A program made the position numbers and the translations under genes. From IMG/VR virus record IMGVR_UViG_2848385391_000003: 64,000 nucleotides of DNA; one strand, given 5' to 3'. Under the pieces are notes generated by a model. The model made no database searches and was not told the origin of the DNA. It worked only from the letters and a program-made list of their open reading frames with translations. Of the stretch, positions 48,700 to 59,472 are shown one piece after another (position 1 is the first letter of the stretch; each line of letters begins with the position of its first letter). Origin of the DNA: a virus. Its lineage: Duplodnaviria; Caudoviricetes.

Positions 48700-49500
48700 C
48701 CCCTTCGGGAAGGGACAGAGGTGCGTTGCTCTTAGCCATTTCTTTGAGCCGTTCTAATTCTTGGGTACCAATGGCTTTGCGGTCTTCAAGCGTCAGCGTT
48801 TCACCGCCCTCCAGTGCACACTTACCCGACCAGCAAGCGGCCAATGCTTCGTAGCCGCCTGTGCGCGCAACTTCTTCCAATCTTTCAATGAGGTGAATGT
48901 GCTGTTCAGTGCGTTGGGGGAGTAAGGCGGTGTTGGAGACAATCTCTGCTGGAGAGACATAGCGCGATGCGCCCCCCTTTTCAACAGGACTATCCATCAC
49001 CTCTTCCGCAATCGGCATTCCTCTTAGTACGTCAGGAAACACATCCCGCAGCGCAAAAGCACGGGCTCGCATTTGCATCATGCGCTGCGGGTAATGCGTC
49101 CAAGGACCTATCTTGCTCAATAGCCCTGCTTGCTTGGCATCCGCTTCCGAAAAACTCCGCATTTGCTCAGCTTCGCCGACCCGCTTAACACGGCAAGTTG
49201 CTACCTGATTGGAAAATGACTCATTGACGTATTCGCACAGTGGAGACGCGCGCACGAGTGCAATCACGGCGTCCCCCATAGCGAGGGCCTGCCGTTAATC
49301 ACCGCGATATTTTGCATCGCTTGCATCGGCTTTAAGCCAAGCTCCATGCCCCATTGAATCGCCACCAGAATATTACCGGGCTTGCCGATAAATTCCTTTG
49401 GCACAATCGAAGAGCTCGCCATCAACTCAGCAAATTTCATCACCTCATCTAGAGATCTCGGCGTGAGATCGAAAGTCTGTTTTTCGACTAATGCGCTCAT
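48686..49500 (-). pseudogene. RecT-like annealase split by a 1-bp frameshift
   Basis: GKPGNILVAIQWGMELGLKPMQAMQNIAVINGRPSLW continues as GDAVIALV..YPQRMMQMRARAFALRDVFPDVL in another frame; G5 run at 49273-49277. Confidence 0.8.
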
Positions 49501-49534
49501 AGCTTTCTCCAATTGAATGTGGGAATCGGCGTGC

Positions 49535-49687
49535 TCATACATAACTCCAATTGATGAAGATAACGAGGGTGCCAGTCAAAAAGGCGGCTATAGCCGCAAG
49601 GGTTGTGCTGGCTTTGATTAGAACTTCGATGCGATTTGCCCATATCGCCGCGCGTAGTAACGCGTTGTCGTTTTCAAAACGTTTCAT
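49535..49687 (-). CDS. Small single-TM phage protein (50 aa, not in ORF track)
   Basis: MKRFENDNALLRAAIWANRIEVLIKAS..; homolog of 4354..4500. Confidence 0.6.
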   Translation of the reverse strand: MKRFENDNALLRAAIWANRIEVLIKASTTLAAIAAFLTGTLVIFINWSYV

Positions 49688-49992
49688 GCGATACTCCTTC
49701 TCTGATACGCCCATTCTTCCGCCCTTTGCAGAGCCTTGCTTGTCTGCGCTTGCAAAAGGCGCTCGTAGGTTTCAGCAAGCAAATTCGTAGGGTGAGCCTG
49801 AGCAGCATCACGTAGCGCTTGTTTTTTGACCAAATCTGGCAGGTCCACCATGGCTTCTAGTAGATCGTCGAAAGTCATGTTTTCTTCTACTTCGTCAGTA
49901 AGCGAGCAGTAAGCCTCATCGGCAGCTTCTGACCGAGCCTGCAACCAGTCGTAGTGTGCTTCGACCTTATGCATCAGTTCGTTCACGTTCAT
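49684..49992 (-). CDS. Phage hypothetical protein
   Basis: Homolog of 5475..5786. Confidence 0.7.
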   Translation of the reverse strand: MNVNELMHKVEAHYDWLQARSEAADEAYCSLTDEVEENMTFDDLLEAMVDLPDLVKKQALRDAAQAHPTNLLAETYERLLQAQTSKALQRAEEWAYQRRSIA

Positions 49993-50094
49993 GCCACGCT
50001 CCATGGGTCGTATTCGCCCTCGTTTGCAGCTTTTCTGGTATCACCATCACAAAGAAAATCTTGTGCTAGAATTTGGAGACAGGAGGTATTTACC

Positions 50095-50481
50095 ATGGGT
50101 GCAGTTGCATTCGATACATTGCAGTTTGTTGAAACGCTTAAAGATGCTGGCGTGCCAGAGGCGCAGGCGAAAGCTTTTTCTATCGCCGTAAGAAACTCAC
50201 ACGAGACAGCAGAATTAGCGACCAAAGCTGATCTGCGAGAATATGAATCTACTGTAAGAAATGATTTAGAAAAACTCGAAACAAGTTTTCGCCATGATTT
50301 AAGTGATCTACGTAAAGATATAGATACCAAGCACGGAGCATTACGCCATGAGATAAGCGATTTGCGAAAAGATATGGAGGCTCGATTTATCGTTATAGGT
50401 GCTGAAATGTCTGCGCTGAAATGGATACTGGGCTTTGTCGCTGCCGGTATCTTCGCGCTCGTTGGCAAAGCCTTCTTTTGA
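50095..50481 (+). CDS. DUF1640/CCDC90-like protein (inverted moron)
   Basis: AGGAGG RBS; N-terminal half matches 5889..6287, C-terminal half differs. Confidence 0.85.
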   Translation: MGAVAFDTLQFVETLKDAGVPEAQAKAFSIAVRNSHETAELATKADLREYESTVRNDLEKLETSFRHDLSDLRKDIDTKHGALRHEISDLRKDMEARFIVIGAEMSALKWILGFVAAGIFALVGKAFF

Positions 50482-50761
50482 TTACCTTCTGAGTCAGCTC
50501 TTTCGCTAATGTTCGCCTGAATATCAGCCGCTTTAACTCCAAATATGACTACACCTGCTGCTCTTGGCCTTGTAATGATGACCATAGGCATGTGGTTTAT
50601 AGGCCAATATTTGAGCAAAAAAGACTTTAATAAATTTTGCCTGTCTGTTCTTGCCGTATTGATCGGTAATTGTCTGTTCAACCTTTTTTCAGGTTGAATG
50701 AAGGCGAATTTATTTTCCATAGCGCTCTGGCATACAGCAATCACATCGATGGTTTCATCAT

Positions 50762-51613
50762 TCATGCTATCGCTCCTTGAGCAAACTGCTTTTGAATCCA
50801 CGTCAACCCTTTTCCAGTAATCAGGGTGCGCGCATAGATATGGTTTTCGCCTCTCGGGTCTTCATACTGCCGCTCAATCACGCGAAAGCGCCCTGCCTCA
50901 ATCTGTTCTTGATACGGTAAATTGTTCTTCATCAATAAACGGCGCTCACGCAACCAGGAAAAAAGCCTTTTAGGCCCTGTACCAATGACTTTGGCCACTT
51001 CTTGCACCGTTTGAGCATTGATCGCTTTTCCAACGTGGTCATAAAAATCCGCTTTAGGTTTTAATTCTTCCACTTGGCTTCGCAGCGTCCCGACCTCTTC
51101 GGTATACGCCAGCAATATCGTTCGCAGATATTTGGGATCATTAAGAAAACTGTGTAAATCTATTGCAGGTGAATGAGTGCGGCGCTCGCATTCAATAAAA
51201 TATTCCCTGGCCTGCTTGCCTTTTTCATTGCGCTCGACCATCGATAATTCTTTCGCCATATCGAGAGTCAAAGCATATTCTTTAGCGGGGCGACCTCCGG
51301 CAAGGTTTTCCCCAAAGTTGGTGAAAAGTACAAAGTCCTGATCCTCAATAAAACCGTATTGCGCGATACGATCTTTAATCCAAGTCGAAAAGTCTTTTCC
51401 GATTCCTAAAAATGCGTGCAGGTCACGTGCATTAACGGTTGGCGCAGAACTGCCCTTCAACTTCGTAGGCGTAATAGCTATCAGCCTTTCCGTTGCATCA
51501 ATTTCTTGCTGAGGAATGGCCACAAAACTATTCGGGTTTCCTGGAGAGATAGAATAAATGTGGGTGTTGGCTACTTGGCTCATCTGTCGTTGTTTATTTA
51601 TGACGATGACCAT
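50762..51613 (-). CDS. Phage antirepressor (AntA/AntB plus KilAC-like)
   Basis: Homolog of 6289..7119; start uncertain. Confidence 0.9.
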   Translation of the reverse strand: MVIVINKQRQMSQVANTHIYSISPGNPNSFVAIPQQEIDATERLIAITPTKLKGSSAPTVNARDLHAFLGIGKDFSTWIKDRIAQYGFIEDQDFVLFTNFGENLAGGRPAKEYALTLDMAKELSMVERNEKGKQAREYFIECERRTHSPAIDLHSFLNDPKYLRTILLAYTEEVGTLRSQVEELKPKADFYDHVGKAINAQTVQEVAKVIGTGPKRLFSWLRERRLLMKNNLPYQEQIEAGRFRVIERQYEDPRGENHIYARTLITGKGLTWIQKQFAQGAIA

Positions 51614-51616
51614 ATT

Positions 51617-51655
51617 TTACCCACAGGTAAATTAATGTCAATACCCGCAGGTAAA
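51617..51655 (-). promoter_or_regulatory. P2 leftward promoter/operators
   Basis: TTTACC-cacA-GGTAAA and AATACC-cgca-GGTAAA flank a minus-strand TTGACA (51641-51636). Confidence 0.75.
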
Positions 51656-51820
51656 AATATTTATGCGTTAGAAGGTTACCTCTGTGTTATTTTTAGCGCT
51701 AAGGTAACGATTACAGGCGTTGTATGTGCCTTTTTATAGGCCGTGTGTATAGCGGAAGGGCGCGGCTTATGAAGTCCCCCCTCTTTTGTTTTGAGAGCTA
51801 TTGTTAGCTTGCTATCACAA

Positions 51821-52240
51821 TTACTTATTTTTTTTGCTAGTAGGTATATATTGGAGTAGCGTAAGTTTAACAGCACCTAACACCATCATTCTACCGTTAT
51901 TATCTGTGGCTTCCATTAATCGGATCACCTCTTGTATTACCGGATTTGAGTGATGCTCTGTTTTAGGAGAATTCTCAGCTACTTTCTGGGCTGCTGCCAT
52001 TGGTTTAGAAGGTTCAGACATAAGATCAAGCCACCCTTGCGGCAGCCCAAAAGCAACCTCAATGACCTCGATCATTTCATCAGCTATACGTTTTTTCCCT
52101 CGTTTACCTTCTGGATAAAGCATCCGCGCCACATAGGATGCGTCTCGCTCGATTCTACGAGCTAGTTCCGCGGCATTCCCACCGCATTTAGTGTCTCGTA
52201 ACTCAATCAAGCGTTGACGCCTGCGTTCATATTTATCCAT
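51821..52240 (-). CDS. Short CI-like repressor (HTH, no S24 domain)
   Basis: GNAAELARRIERDASYVARML..IEVAFGLPQGWLD; divergent from cro. Confidence 0.8.
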   Translation of the reverse strand: MDKYERRRQRLIELRDTKCGGNAAELARRIERDASYVARMLYPEGKRGKKRIADEMIEVIEVAFGLPQGWLDLMSEPSKPMAAAQKVAENSPKTEHHSNPVIQEVIRLMEATDNNGRMMVLGAVKLTLLQYIPTSKKNK

Positions 52241-52259
52241 TTCTCTAGTATGTGTAACC

Positions 52260-52316
52260 TTTACCGCTCGGTAAATACCCTATAGGTATTGACAAATATA
52301 TTTACCCCGGGGTAAA
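52260..52316 (+). promoter_or_regulatory. P2 rightward promoter/operators
   Basis: TTTACC-N4-GGTAAA at 52260 and 52301, a variant between them, TTGACA at 52289. Confidence 0.8.
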
Positions 52317-52360
52317 TTATTATTACCGATACCCAACATCTACGTATTTCAAAAATTGGC

Positions 52361-52657
52361 ATGAGCAAACTACGCACCTATATAAATAGCCTATCTACTG
52401 CCAAGCAAATTGAATTCGCAACAGCTTGCAATACCACAATGGGTTATATACGCAAGGCGATCAGCATCCAACAAAAAATGGGGGCTGAGCTTTGTGCATC
52501 AATCGAAAGGGCTACTAATGGAAAAATCACGCGCCGCGATTTACGTCCCGATGACTGGATGCTTATTTGGCCAGAACTAACAAACCAGCCGTCACAGTCC
52601 GGGCAAAGCACGCCTTCTTTTCTCGCGCCAAATCAAGAAATGCCTAAATGTATTTAA
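52361..52657 (+). CDS. Cro-like (YdaS-type) regulator
   Basis: IERATNGKITRRDLRPDDWMLIWPEL; HTH differs from P1 Cro. Confidence 0.85.
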   Translation: MSKLRTYINSLSTAKQIEFATACNTTMGYIRKAISIQQKMGAELCASIERATNGKITRRDLRPDDWMLIWPELTNQPSQSGQSTPSFLAPNQEMPKCI

Positions 52658-52711
52658 AAAAAACCATAACCGAATGGGCTTGCGATTTCTGCAACGCGCA
52701 GAGAAAAGCCG

Positions 52712-52957
52712 TTATACCGGCCTCCAAAACTTCTGAGGATCATTCGCAAACCAAAACTCTTCAAGCAGCTTGGATGTATGCCGAAAAAACTGCTCTTGAA
52801 TGGCTTCCAAGGTTTTGCCGTGAACAGGGAGCAAGACCTCTGCCGAGATTCTTTCTCGGATTCCAGAATTCATACGTTCAAAAGCTGCCTTGGCAAGGAC
52901 CCTATTATTTTGCGGCTCTAAAACTAATGAGCCAAGCTTAATTTCATTTTCAGTCAT
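52712..52957 (-). CDS. Inverted small hypothetical protein
   Basis: Homolog of 8725..8976. Confidence 0.6.
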   Translation of the reverse strand: MTENEIKLGSLVLEPQNNRVLAKAAFERMNSGIRERISAEVLLPVHGKTLEAIQEQFFRHTSKLLEEFWFANDPQKFWRPV

Positions 52958-52983
52958 ATCTACTCTTATAGTGAGTTAGAGAA

Positions 52984-53187
52984 GTGTTCAATCAAAAACG
53001 CGAAAAATGCACAGAAGAAATAAAGCTGCACTTGGGCGAAAAGCTCAAGACAGATCTAAAAGAGTTAGCTGCACTCAAAGGCCACGATTCGTTAAGCCCG
53101 TTCATCCGTCAGATTCTTCGTGAATTCATATACGGCAAGCTTAGTCCGCATCGGGATTTATTGGCAGGGACCGTTCGGGACGAATAA
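52984..53187 (+). CDS. RHH-like small regulator
   Basis: Matches 9006..9206. Confidence 0.65.
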   Translation: MFNQKREKCTEEIKLHLGEKLKTDLKELAALKGHDSLSPFIRQILREFIYGKLSPHRDLLAGTVRDE

Positions 53188-53243
53188 GGCCTCAGATCAA
53201 GAGATTGAACAGTAATAGATATTAGATAAGGGAAAACTTAAAG

Positions 53244-54101
53244 ATGAAGCGACCTGCCTTCCAATTCTACCCCGCCGACTGGCGTAAAGACTCTGCCCTA
53301 CAAAGCTGCTCAGTAGCTGCTCGCGGCTTATGGATTGAGATGCTCTGCATCATGCATGAATGCGAGCCATACGGGCAGCTTGCGATTAACGGCAAAGCGA
53401 TGAGTGCCACTCAGCTTGCCCGATTGATTGGTGAAACTGAGAAAGTAGTTAAAGGGCTGCTCGCCGAACTCGAGAATGCAGGGGTGTTTTCATGTACAGA
53501 ACAAGGGGGGATTTACTCACGCAGAATGGTTAACGATGAACGGCTCCGCAATATCCGCGCTGAAGGCGGCAAGGGGGGTAAAGAATATGGACAATTGGGC
53601 GCTGAACATGGATGCAAGGGGGGGAGGCCGAAGAAGGATAAGGGGGGTTATGAAACAAAACCTAAAACCCCCCTTACCGATGAAAAATATCCCTCCCCTT
53701 CATCTTCTTCTTCATCTTCACCTTCTTCTTCAAAACCTAAAGGGGATAAATCCCCTTCAACCCCTGGCGAGCGCGATGCGCCCGCTGTGACCTTGCCGAA
53801 CTGGCTGGCTTTGGCCGATTGGGAAGCTTTCGTGAAGCATCGAAAGCGCTTGAAAGCGCCTATGAGCGATGAGGCTCAAGTTCGGGCGATTGCTCAGCTT
53901 TCTCGGCTTCGGGACGACGGTCACGACCCCTCCGCTGTGATCGATCAAAGCATCGTGAGCAGCTGGAAGGGGCTGTTTGGGCTTAATCGCCGTGGCTTAC
54001 CAAAGCTCAGCAAACAGGCTGAGTTGGAGGCCAGAAATGCCGAAGCGGGGCGTCAAGCCAAGGCACTCATTTTCGGGGAAGAAGTTTATGAAATCCTGTG
54101 A
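53244..54101 (+). CDS. Phage replication initiator (O-like)
   Basis: Close homolog of 9263..10120. Confidence 0.8.
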   Translation: MKRPAFQFYPADWRKDSALQSCSVAARGLWIEMLCIMHECEPYGQLAINGKAMSATQLARLIGETEKVVKGLLAELENAGVFSCTEQGGIYSRRMVNDERLRNIRAEGGKGGKEYGQLGAEHGCKGGRPKKDKGGYETKPKTPLTDEKYPSPSSSSSSSPSSSKPKGDKSPSTPGERDAPAVTLPNWLALADWEAFVKHRKRLKAPMSDEAQVRAIAQLSRLRDDGHDPSAVIDQSIVSSWKGLFGLNRRGLPKLSKQAELEARNAEAGRQAKALIFGEEVYEIL

Positions 54102-54741
54102 CTTCAACGCATTCGATGGATTGCTGCAAGCCGTCGCAGCCATGTACGGACGTGACTTGACTTCTGGAGTCATTGCGCTCTACTGGCAAGGCTTGCAAGC
54201 CTATGACCTCGCCGCTGTACGCGAAGCGCTCAACCGGCATGTGAACAACCCCGATACGGGCCAGTTCATGCCCAAGATCGCCGATGTGCACAAAATGCTG
54301 CAAGGCTCTACGCAAGATGCTGCGTTGACTGCTTGGAGCAAAGTGGATCGAACCATGCGTGAAAAAGGTCCTTACCCAAGTATTGTTTTCGACGACCCGC
54401 TTATTCATCGCGTGCTTTCCGAAATGGGCGGCTGGGTGCAACTCAGCACAAAGCATGAAGATGACTGGCCGTTTATACGCAACGAATTTGTGAACCGTTA
54501 CCGTGGATACCGGGTGCGCAGCGAAGTGCCTGACTATCCACCCGTGTTGATTGGTATCGCAGAAATGACAAATCAGCAACTTGGGTTTGAAGTTGTCCCA
54601 CCGTTGCTCGTCGGCAATGCTGCCATGGCGCAGCGAGTCATGCGCCAAGGAACCGATCAACCGCTGCTTGAATTCACACTGCTAAACGTAAAAAATTTAC
54701 CCGTGCTTTTGCAAAACGAAGCTCAACAAATCGCCGCTTAA
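54088..54741 (+). CDS. Replication-associated protein (DUF6475-like)
   Basis: Close homolog of 10107..10760. Confidence 0.7.
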   Translation: MKSCDFNAFDGLLQAVAAMYGRDLTSGVIALYWQGLQAYDLAAVREALNRHVNNPDTGQFMPKIADVHKMLQGSTQDAALTAWSKVDRTMREKGPYPSIVFDDPLIHRVLSEMGGWVQLSTKHEDDWPFIRNEFVNRYRGYRVRSEVPDYPPVLIGIAEMTNQQLGFEVVPPLLVGNAAMAQRVMRQGTDQPLLEFTLLNVKNLPVLLQNEAQQIAA

Positions 54742-54764
54742 TCTTTTTCATTTCAAACAAACAA

Positions 54765-55187
54765 ATGCTCAACATAATCGCCTTCACGATCCCAGGCCAG
54801 CCCATTGCCAAAGGCCGTGCTCGTTCGTGTATCCGTAACGGCCACATCGCGCACTACACTCCAGAAAAAACGGCACGATATGAAAACCTCGTAAAGCTTG
54901 CCGCACAGCAAGCGATGAACGGACAAAGCCCAATCGAATCTGCCATAGCGCTGATTGTGCGAGCATTCCTACCGATTCCAGCCAGTTGGAGCCTTAAAAA
55001 GCAGCGAGCGGCAGCAATCGGCGAATTCATGCCTACCAAACGCCCAGACCTGGATAACATCGTCAAAGCGGTTAAGGACGGCGCGAACGGCGTCACTTGG
55101 AAAGATGATTCACAAGTCATCGACGTACACGCCAGCAAGCGATACGGTACGCCTCGTGTTGAAGTCGAGGTGAGGATCAGCGAATGA
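54765..55187 (+). CDS. rusA: RusA-family resolvase
   Basis: KRPDLDNIVKAVKDG..WKDDSQV. Confidence 0.9.
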   Translation: MLNIIAFTIPGQPIAKGRARSCIRNGHIAHYTPEKTARYENLVKLAAQQAMNGQSPIESAIALIVRAFLPIPASWSLKKQRAAAIGEFMPTKRPDLDNIVKAVKDGANGVTWKDDSQVIDVHASKRYGTPRVEVEVRISE

Positions 55188-55585
55188 AGCAAAGTACAGG
55201 TTCATGGCGGCTTATTCCCGAGTGGGTGGAGTATGAAATACAAAATTGGGTTCGCTGGTGCTGGTCTGGACCCTGGCCGCATCCTCTGCCGCCTACGCAG
55301 TGCGCTTCGGCTGAACGGTACTATCGTGCGCCCAGTGATCTAGGCGAGGCCGAAACATCTTTGCCTCCACCCTACATCCCGAATGCCGAGATTGTGCAAC
55401 GGGCTTATGTTGCGATGATGAAACAAGAGCAACACGTGATAAAAGCAGAATATATTCAGCCTTGGGAATCCGGCCGTGCTCACTATGGCAGGGTCGGAGC
55501 CGCACGACGCCTCCAAATGTCGCTGACTACTTATGAGACTATTTTACGTAGCGGATGCTTTCGCATCGAAAAGGCTTTTGGATGA
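55184..55585 (+). CDS. Putative late antiterminator (Q-like)
   Basis: Homolog of 11203..11604, differing mainly in the C-terminal HTH-like part. Confidence 0.5.
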   Translation: MKQSTGSWRLIPEWVEYEIQNWVRWCWSGPWPHPLPPTQCASAERYYRAPSDLGEAETSLPPPYIPNAEIVQRAYVAMMKQEQHVIKAEYIQPWESGRAHYGRVGAARRLQMSLTTYETILRSGCFRIEKAFG

Positions 55586-55821
55586 AATATGCGCGGGAGA
55601 TTATCGAGCTTATGAGTGCCTATCCTGAACGGAATTTCAAAATGATTGAAATCGTGCGGCACGCTAATCCGAATCTGAAAAGTAAGAAAGAGCGCTGCGC
55701 TACCCATCGAGGGGTATTACGCGTTTTAGATATGCTCACCGAGATGGGAACAATATTTAAAATACCTTCGCGGGCAGGCAACGGAGGCTATACGCTTTAT
55801 CGATGGAAAACCACGACATGA
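55582..55821 (+). CDS. Small winged-helix-like protein
   Basis: MKYAREI.ELMSAYP start shared with 11601..11834, divergent middle. Confidence 0.6.
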   Translation: MKYAREIIELMSAYPERNFKMIEIVRHANPNLKSKKERCATHRGVLRVLDMLTEMGTIFKIPSRAGNGGYTLYRWKTTT

Positions 55822-55852
55822 ACTTTTGCAAACCACGACAAAAACCACGACA
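55808..55852 (+). repeat. Triple direct repeat AAACCACGACA
   Basis: Copies start at 55808, 55830 and 55842. Confidence 0.75.
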
Positions 55853-55937
55853 ATGGCGGTGGGAAAAACCGCCCTTAAGATTCAGACGCTCTTTTGAGCA
55901 TTTTTTACGGGATGTTTTCCCCCTCATTTTCAGCCTC

Positions 55938-55963
55938 AGGCAGCCTAGACGCTGCCTTTTTTT
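55938..55963 (+). terminator. Intrinsic terminator before terS
   Basis: AGGCAGC-ctagac-GCTGCCT plus T run. Confidence 0.75.
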
Positions 55964-55988
55964 ATGCCTGTTCGCTTTTACCTTAACG

Positions 55989-56459
55989 ATGGCTCGGCCC
56001 AGCAAATACACGATTGCTCTAGCGACTAAGATTTGTGAGCGCTTGATGGTCGGCCAAAGTTTGCGCTCTATTTGCGCCGCTAAAGAGATGCCAGATCAAG
56101 TCACCATCTATCGGTGGCTGAATCAATCCGAACCATTTCGCAAGCAATACACGCGCGCACGCGAAGTTCAAGCGGACACGTTGGCCGATGAGATTTTGGA
56201 TATTGCCGATGACTCTGCTCAGGATATGCAAGTCGACGAGCAAGGCAATGAACGCGTGCGCCACGAAGCCGTACAACGTTCTAAACTCCGCGTCGATGCG
56301 CGTAAATGGCTCGCTGGGCAATTAGCTCCCAAGAAGTACGGCGACCGCATCCAGCAGAATATCAGCGGCACACATGATGGCCCGATTGAACAAAGAGTTA
56401 CCATCGTCGATGAAGCCCAAGTCAAAGCCACCGTCGCCCACCTTGAGGAAAGCTATTGA
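55989..56459 (+). CDS. terS: Terminase small subunit
   Basis: Homolog of 12735..13205. Confidence 0.9.
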   Translation: MARPSKYTIALATKICERLMVGQSLRSICAAKEMPDQVTIYRWLNQSEPFRKQYTRAREVQADTLADEILDIADDSAQDMQVDEQGNERVRHEAVQRSKLRVDARKWLAGQLAPKKYGDRIQQNISGTHDGPIEQRVTIVDEAQVKATVAHLEESY

Positions 56460-57945
56460 TCCTGAGGTACTTCGAGCGGTGGCTAAGGCCAAGTGCGAGC
56501 ACAGTCACCTATTTTTTACTCGGTATTTCTTTAAACACCGCCAAGGCATCCCGTTTCATCTAAATTGGCACCATGCATTGATTGCCGATACGGTGCAGAA
56601 AGTAATTGATGGTGAGTTGAAGAATGTCGTGATTAATGTGCCGCCAGGCTCGTCCAAGACTGAGTTAGTCGCCATTAATTTGATTGCACGGGGCTTAGCC
56701 TTAAATCCTCGAGCACGCTTTCTGCATATTTCGTATTCGGACGATCTAGCCTTACTCAATTCTGAGATGGCGCGAGAGATCATCCGTAGTGAGGAATATC
56801 AAGCGCTGTGGCCGCTCGCGATTGCTCAGGATGCAAAGAGTAAAAAGCGCTGGAATGTGCTGCTCGATGGTAAGAAAGCTGGGGGCGTCTACGCGGTCTC
56901 ATTGGGCGGTCAGATTACCGGTTTTAGAGCCGGCCACATGGCGCCAGGCTGGCAAGGCGCGCTCATCATTGATGACCCGCTTAAAGTCGAAGATGCCTAT
57001 AGCAAAGCCGCCCGTGACAAAGCAAATCGTAAACTGGTCTCGACTGTTAAAAGCCGTAAAGCCCAGCCGGATACACCGATTGTTGTCATCATGCAGCGTT
57101 TGGCCCAGGAAGATCCCACGGGCTTTATCCAAATAGGCAAAGTGCCTGGCGACTGGACCTTCGTTTCGATTCCAGCTTTGTTAGATGATGCGTATGTGGC
57201 CGCCCTACCCTCTGGCTATCGAGACAAGATAGACGCCTCACAACGGGACAAACACGGGCGCTTTAGCTACTGGCCCTATAAAGAACCGCTCAACGATTTA
57301 TGCGCGTTGGAGCAAGCGGACCGCTATGTGTTTACTAGCCAGTACCAGCAGCAGCCTAGAGCACTGGGCGGGGATTTAATCAAAAGTGAATGGTTTTCAT
57401 ATTACGAAACACCGCCCCGCATTCGCTTACGTAAGGTGTATGCGGATACCGCGCAAAAGACCGCTGAGCACAACGATTACAGCGTGTTTCAGCTGTGGGG
57501 CTTAGGGGAAGATAACCGGCTGTACTTACTCGATTTAATCCGCGGTAAGTGGCCGGCGCCCGAACTCAAGCGTCGTGCGATTGCCTTTTGGAATAGTCAT
57601 AAACCCTATGACCATAAGACCAGCTCACCCTTAGCGCAACTGCTGGTTGAGGATAAATCCTCAGGCACAGGGCTAATTCAAGATATTCAGGAAGACGGGC
57701 GTATCCCCGTTAAAGGCATTCCTCGTGGCACCGATAAGCTTACCCGCATCATGGGCGTGCTGGCTTACATTGAGTCAGGGCGGATTACGCTACCTAAAAA
57801 CGCGCCTTGGGTGAAAGATTTTATTGCCGAATGCGAGGCCTTCACGGCCAATAACACCCACGCACACGATGACCAGATTGATCCCATGATTGATGCGATT
57901 ACCGATTGTTTAGCGAAAAGCTCGGATTGGTCGGGATGGACTTAG
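56374..57945 (+). CDS. terL: Terminase large subunit
   Basis: Close homolog of 13114..14691. Confidence 0.93.
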   Translation: MMARLNKELPSSMKPKSKPPSPTLRKAIDPEVLRAVAKAKCEHSHLFFTRYFFKHRQGIPFHLNWHHALIADTVQKVIDGELKNVVINVPPGSSKTELVAINLIARGLALNPRARFLHISYSDDLALLNSEMAREIIRSEEYQALWPLAIAQDAKSKKRWNVLLDGKKAGGVYAVSLGGQITGFRAGHMAPGWQGALIIDDPLKVEDAYSKAARDKANRKLVSTVKSRKAQPDTPIVVIMQRLAQEDPTGFIQIGKVPGDWTFVSIPALLDDAYVAALPSGYRDKIDASQRDKHGRFSYWPYKEPLNDLCALEQADRYVFTSQYQQQPRALGGDLIKSEWFSYYETPPRIRLRKVYADTAQKTAEHNDYSVFQLWGLGEDNRLYLLDLIRGKWPAPELKRRAIAFWNSHKPYDHKTSSPLAQLLVEDKSSGTGLIQDIQEDGRIPVKGIPRGTDKLTRIMGVLAYIESGRITLPKNAPWVKDFIAECEAFTANNTHAHDDQIDPMIDAITDCLAKSSDWSGWT

Positions 57946-57963
57946 AGGGAAGTTTAGGAAGGT

Positions 57964-58026
57964 GGGCGCTCAGTATCCCTAGCGGGCCACTGGAGATTAA
58001 TCCAATGAAGGGAGTACCAAACGCCC
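57964..58026 (-). ncRNA. Candidate antisense structured RNA (P2 version)
   Basis: Minus-strand hairpin GGGCGUUUGGUA.UCCCU / AGGGAUACUGAGCGCCC with G.U pairs. Confidence 0.4.
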
Positions 58027-58065
58027 GATTCTTATTTTACCCGAATTCACTGTTTAGGTTAAATT

Positions 58066-59472
58066 TTGTCAAAAAAACATAAAAATAAAGAGGCGCAAGC
58101 GATACCCGCCTTGGCAGTCCAGTCAACGGACATCACCCAAGATAGCCTCACCAATCTCGTCGCAGGCCTGATGAATAGCCGCGACAAGATGGCGTATAAC
58201 CATTATGCGTTTCGCAAAACGATTAGCCGCAGCGAACTCGCCACGATGTATCGCTCGAACTGGCTCGCTCGAAAAATCATCGATGCGCCGGCTGAGGATA
58301 TGACTCGGGAATGGCTGAGCCTCGAAACAGGAGACGAAAAGAGTAAAGACGCTCTGGAAGCTGCCGAAAAGCGCTTTAAGCTCGTGACGCTTCTCACGAA
58401 TAATTTGAAATGGGGCCGACTCTTTGGCGGCTCGGCGCTCTACATGAGCTTAGCGGGTGAGGACCCCGAGACGCCATTAGAGATTGAACGTATCCGCAAA
58501 GGCGCACTACAGGGCTTTCTCGTTCTGGATCAACACCAACTCACAGTAGATAAGCAACCTTGCCTGGTTGACTTAAACCGCCCTGAATATTGGCGGCCGG
58601 AGCATTATCGCGTCGCAGAGACACAGCAAAACATTCATGCCAGCCGTCTCATCTTCTCCGATGGCGCGCTGGTGCCGGTCAGTGATTTAAAACAGCAAGG
58701 CTTTTGGCACGATAGCGTACTGCAAGCTCTTTACGACGAACTGCAACGCGGTGATACGGTCGCCAGCGGCACCGCCAGCATGTTCTTTGAAATGTGCGTA
58801 GATATCTTAAAAATTGAGGGACTTACTCACATGCTGAGCACCGATACCGGCACTCAAGAAGTCCTAAAACGCTTTGAAGTCACCAATACGGCCAAATCTT
58901 TTAACCGGATGATGCTGCTCGATAGCGCCGATGACTATCAGCAAAAAACTATCAACTTTGGCGGAGTCAGCGAAGTCGCCACGATGTTTTTACAACGTAT
59001 TTCAGGTGCGGCAGACATTCCGGCAACCCGTTTGCTTGGGCAATCTCCTACCGGCCTGAGCGCCACGGGGGAAAGCGATATTCGCAACTACTACGATGCG
59101 CTCAAAGCCAAGCAAGAAAACATCTTACGTCCTCAAGTCGAAAAGATTTACGATGTTATGGCGATGTCTGAGCTGGGTCACCCCCTCAAAGACCTCGTGA
59201 TCGAATTTAATCCGCTCTGGCAATTGTGTGAAGCGGAACGCGCCAACGCTGAAAAAATCCGCGCCGAGACCGATCAAATTTATCTGATGCAAGGGGTGAT
59301 TCACGAAGCGCATAGCCTCAAACGCCTCAAAGCCAATGATACCTATGCGATTACCGATGAAGATTTAGACGAAGCGCAAGCACTCGCGCAAGAATTAGAC
59401 ACACCGGATGAACCTGACGCTACCCGCCCTGATCAAGGCACACCTCAAACACACGACAAAACGCCAGTCTAA
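58066..59472 (+). CDS. Portal protein (DUF1073-like)
   Basis: Homolog of 14837..16234 with a different N-terminus. Confidence 0.88.
   Translation: MSKKHKNKEAQAIPALAVQSTDITQDSLTNLVAGLMNSRDKMAYNHYAFRKTISRSELATMYRSNWLARKIIDAPAEDMTREWLSLETGDEKSKDALEAAEKRFKLVTLLTNNLKWGRLFGGSALYMSLAGEDPETPLEIERIRKGALQGFLVLDQHQLTVDKQPCLVDLNRPEYWRPEHYRVAETQQNIHASRLIFSDGALVPVSDLKQQGFWHDSVLQALYDELQRGDTVASGTASMFFEMCVDILKIEGLTHMLSTDTGTQEVLKRFEVTNTAKSFNRMMLLDSADDYQQKTINFGGVSEVATMFLQRISGAADIPATRLLGQSPTGLSATGESDIRNYYDALKAKQENILRPQVEKIYDVMAMSELGHPLKDLVIEFNPLWQLCEAERANAEKIRAETDQIYLMQGVIHEAHSLKRLKANDTYAITDEDLDEAQALAQELDTPDEPDATRPDQGTPQTHDKTPV

Noticed and set aside
52648-52941. Plus-strand ORF after P2 cro
   Set aside because: The equivalent P1 frame is interrupted by a stop, while the minus-strand ORF is conserved
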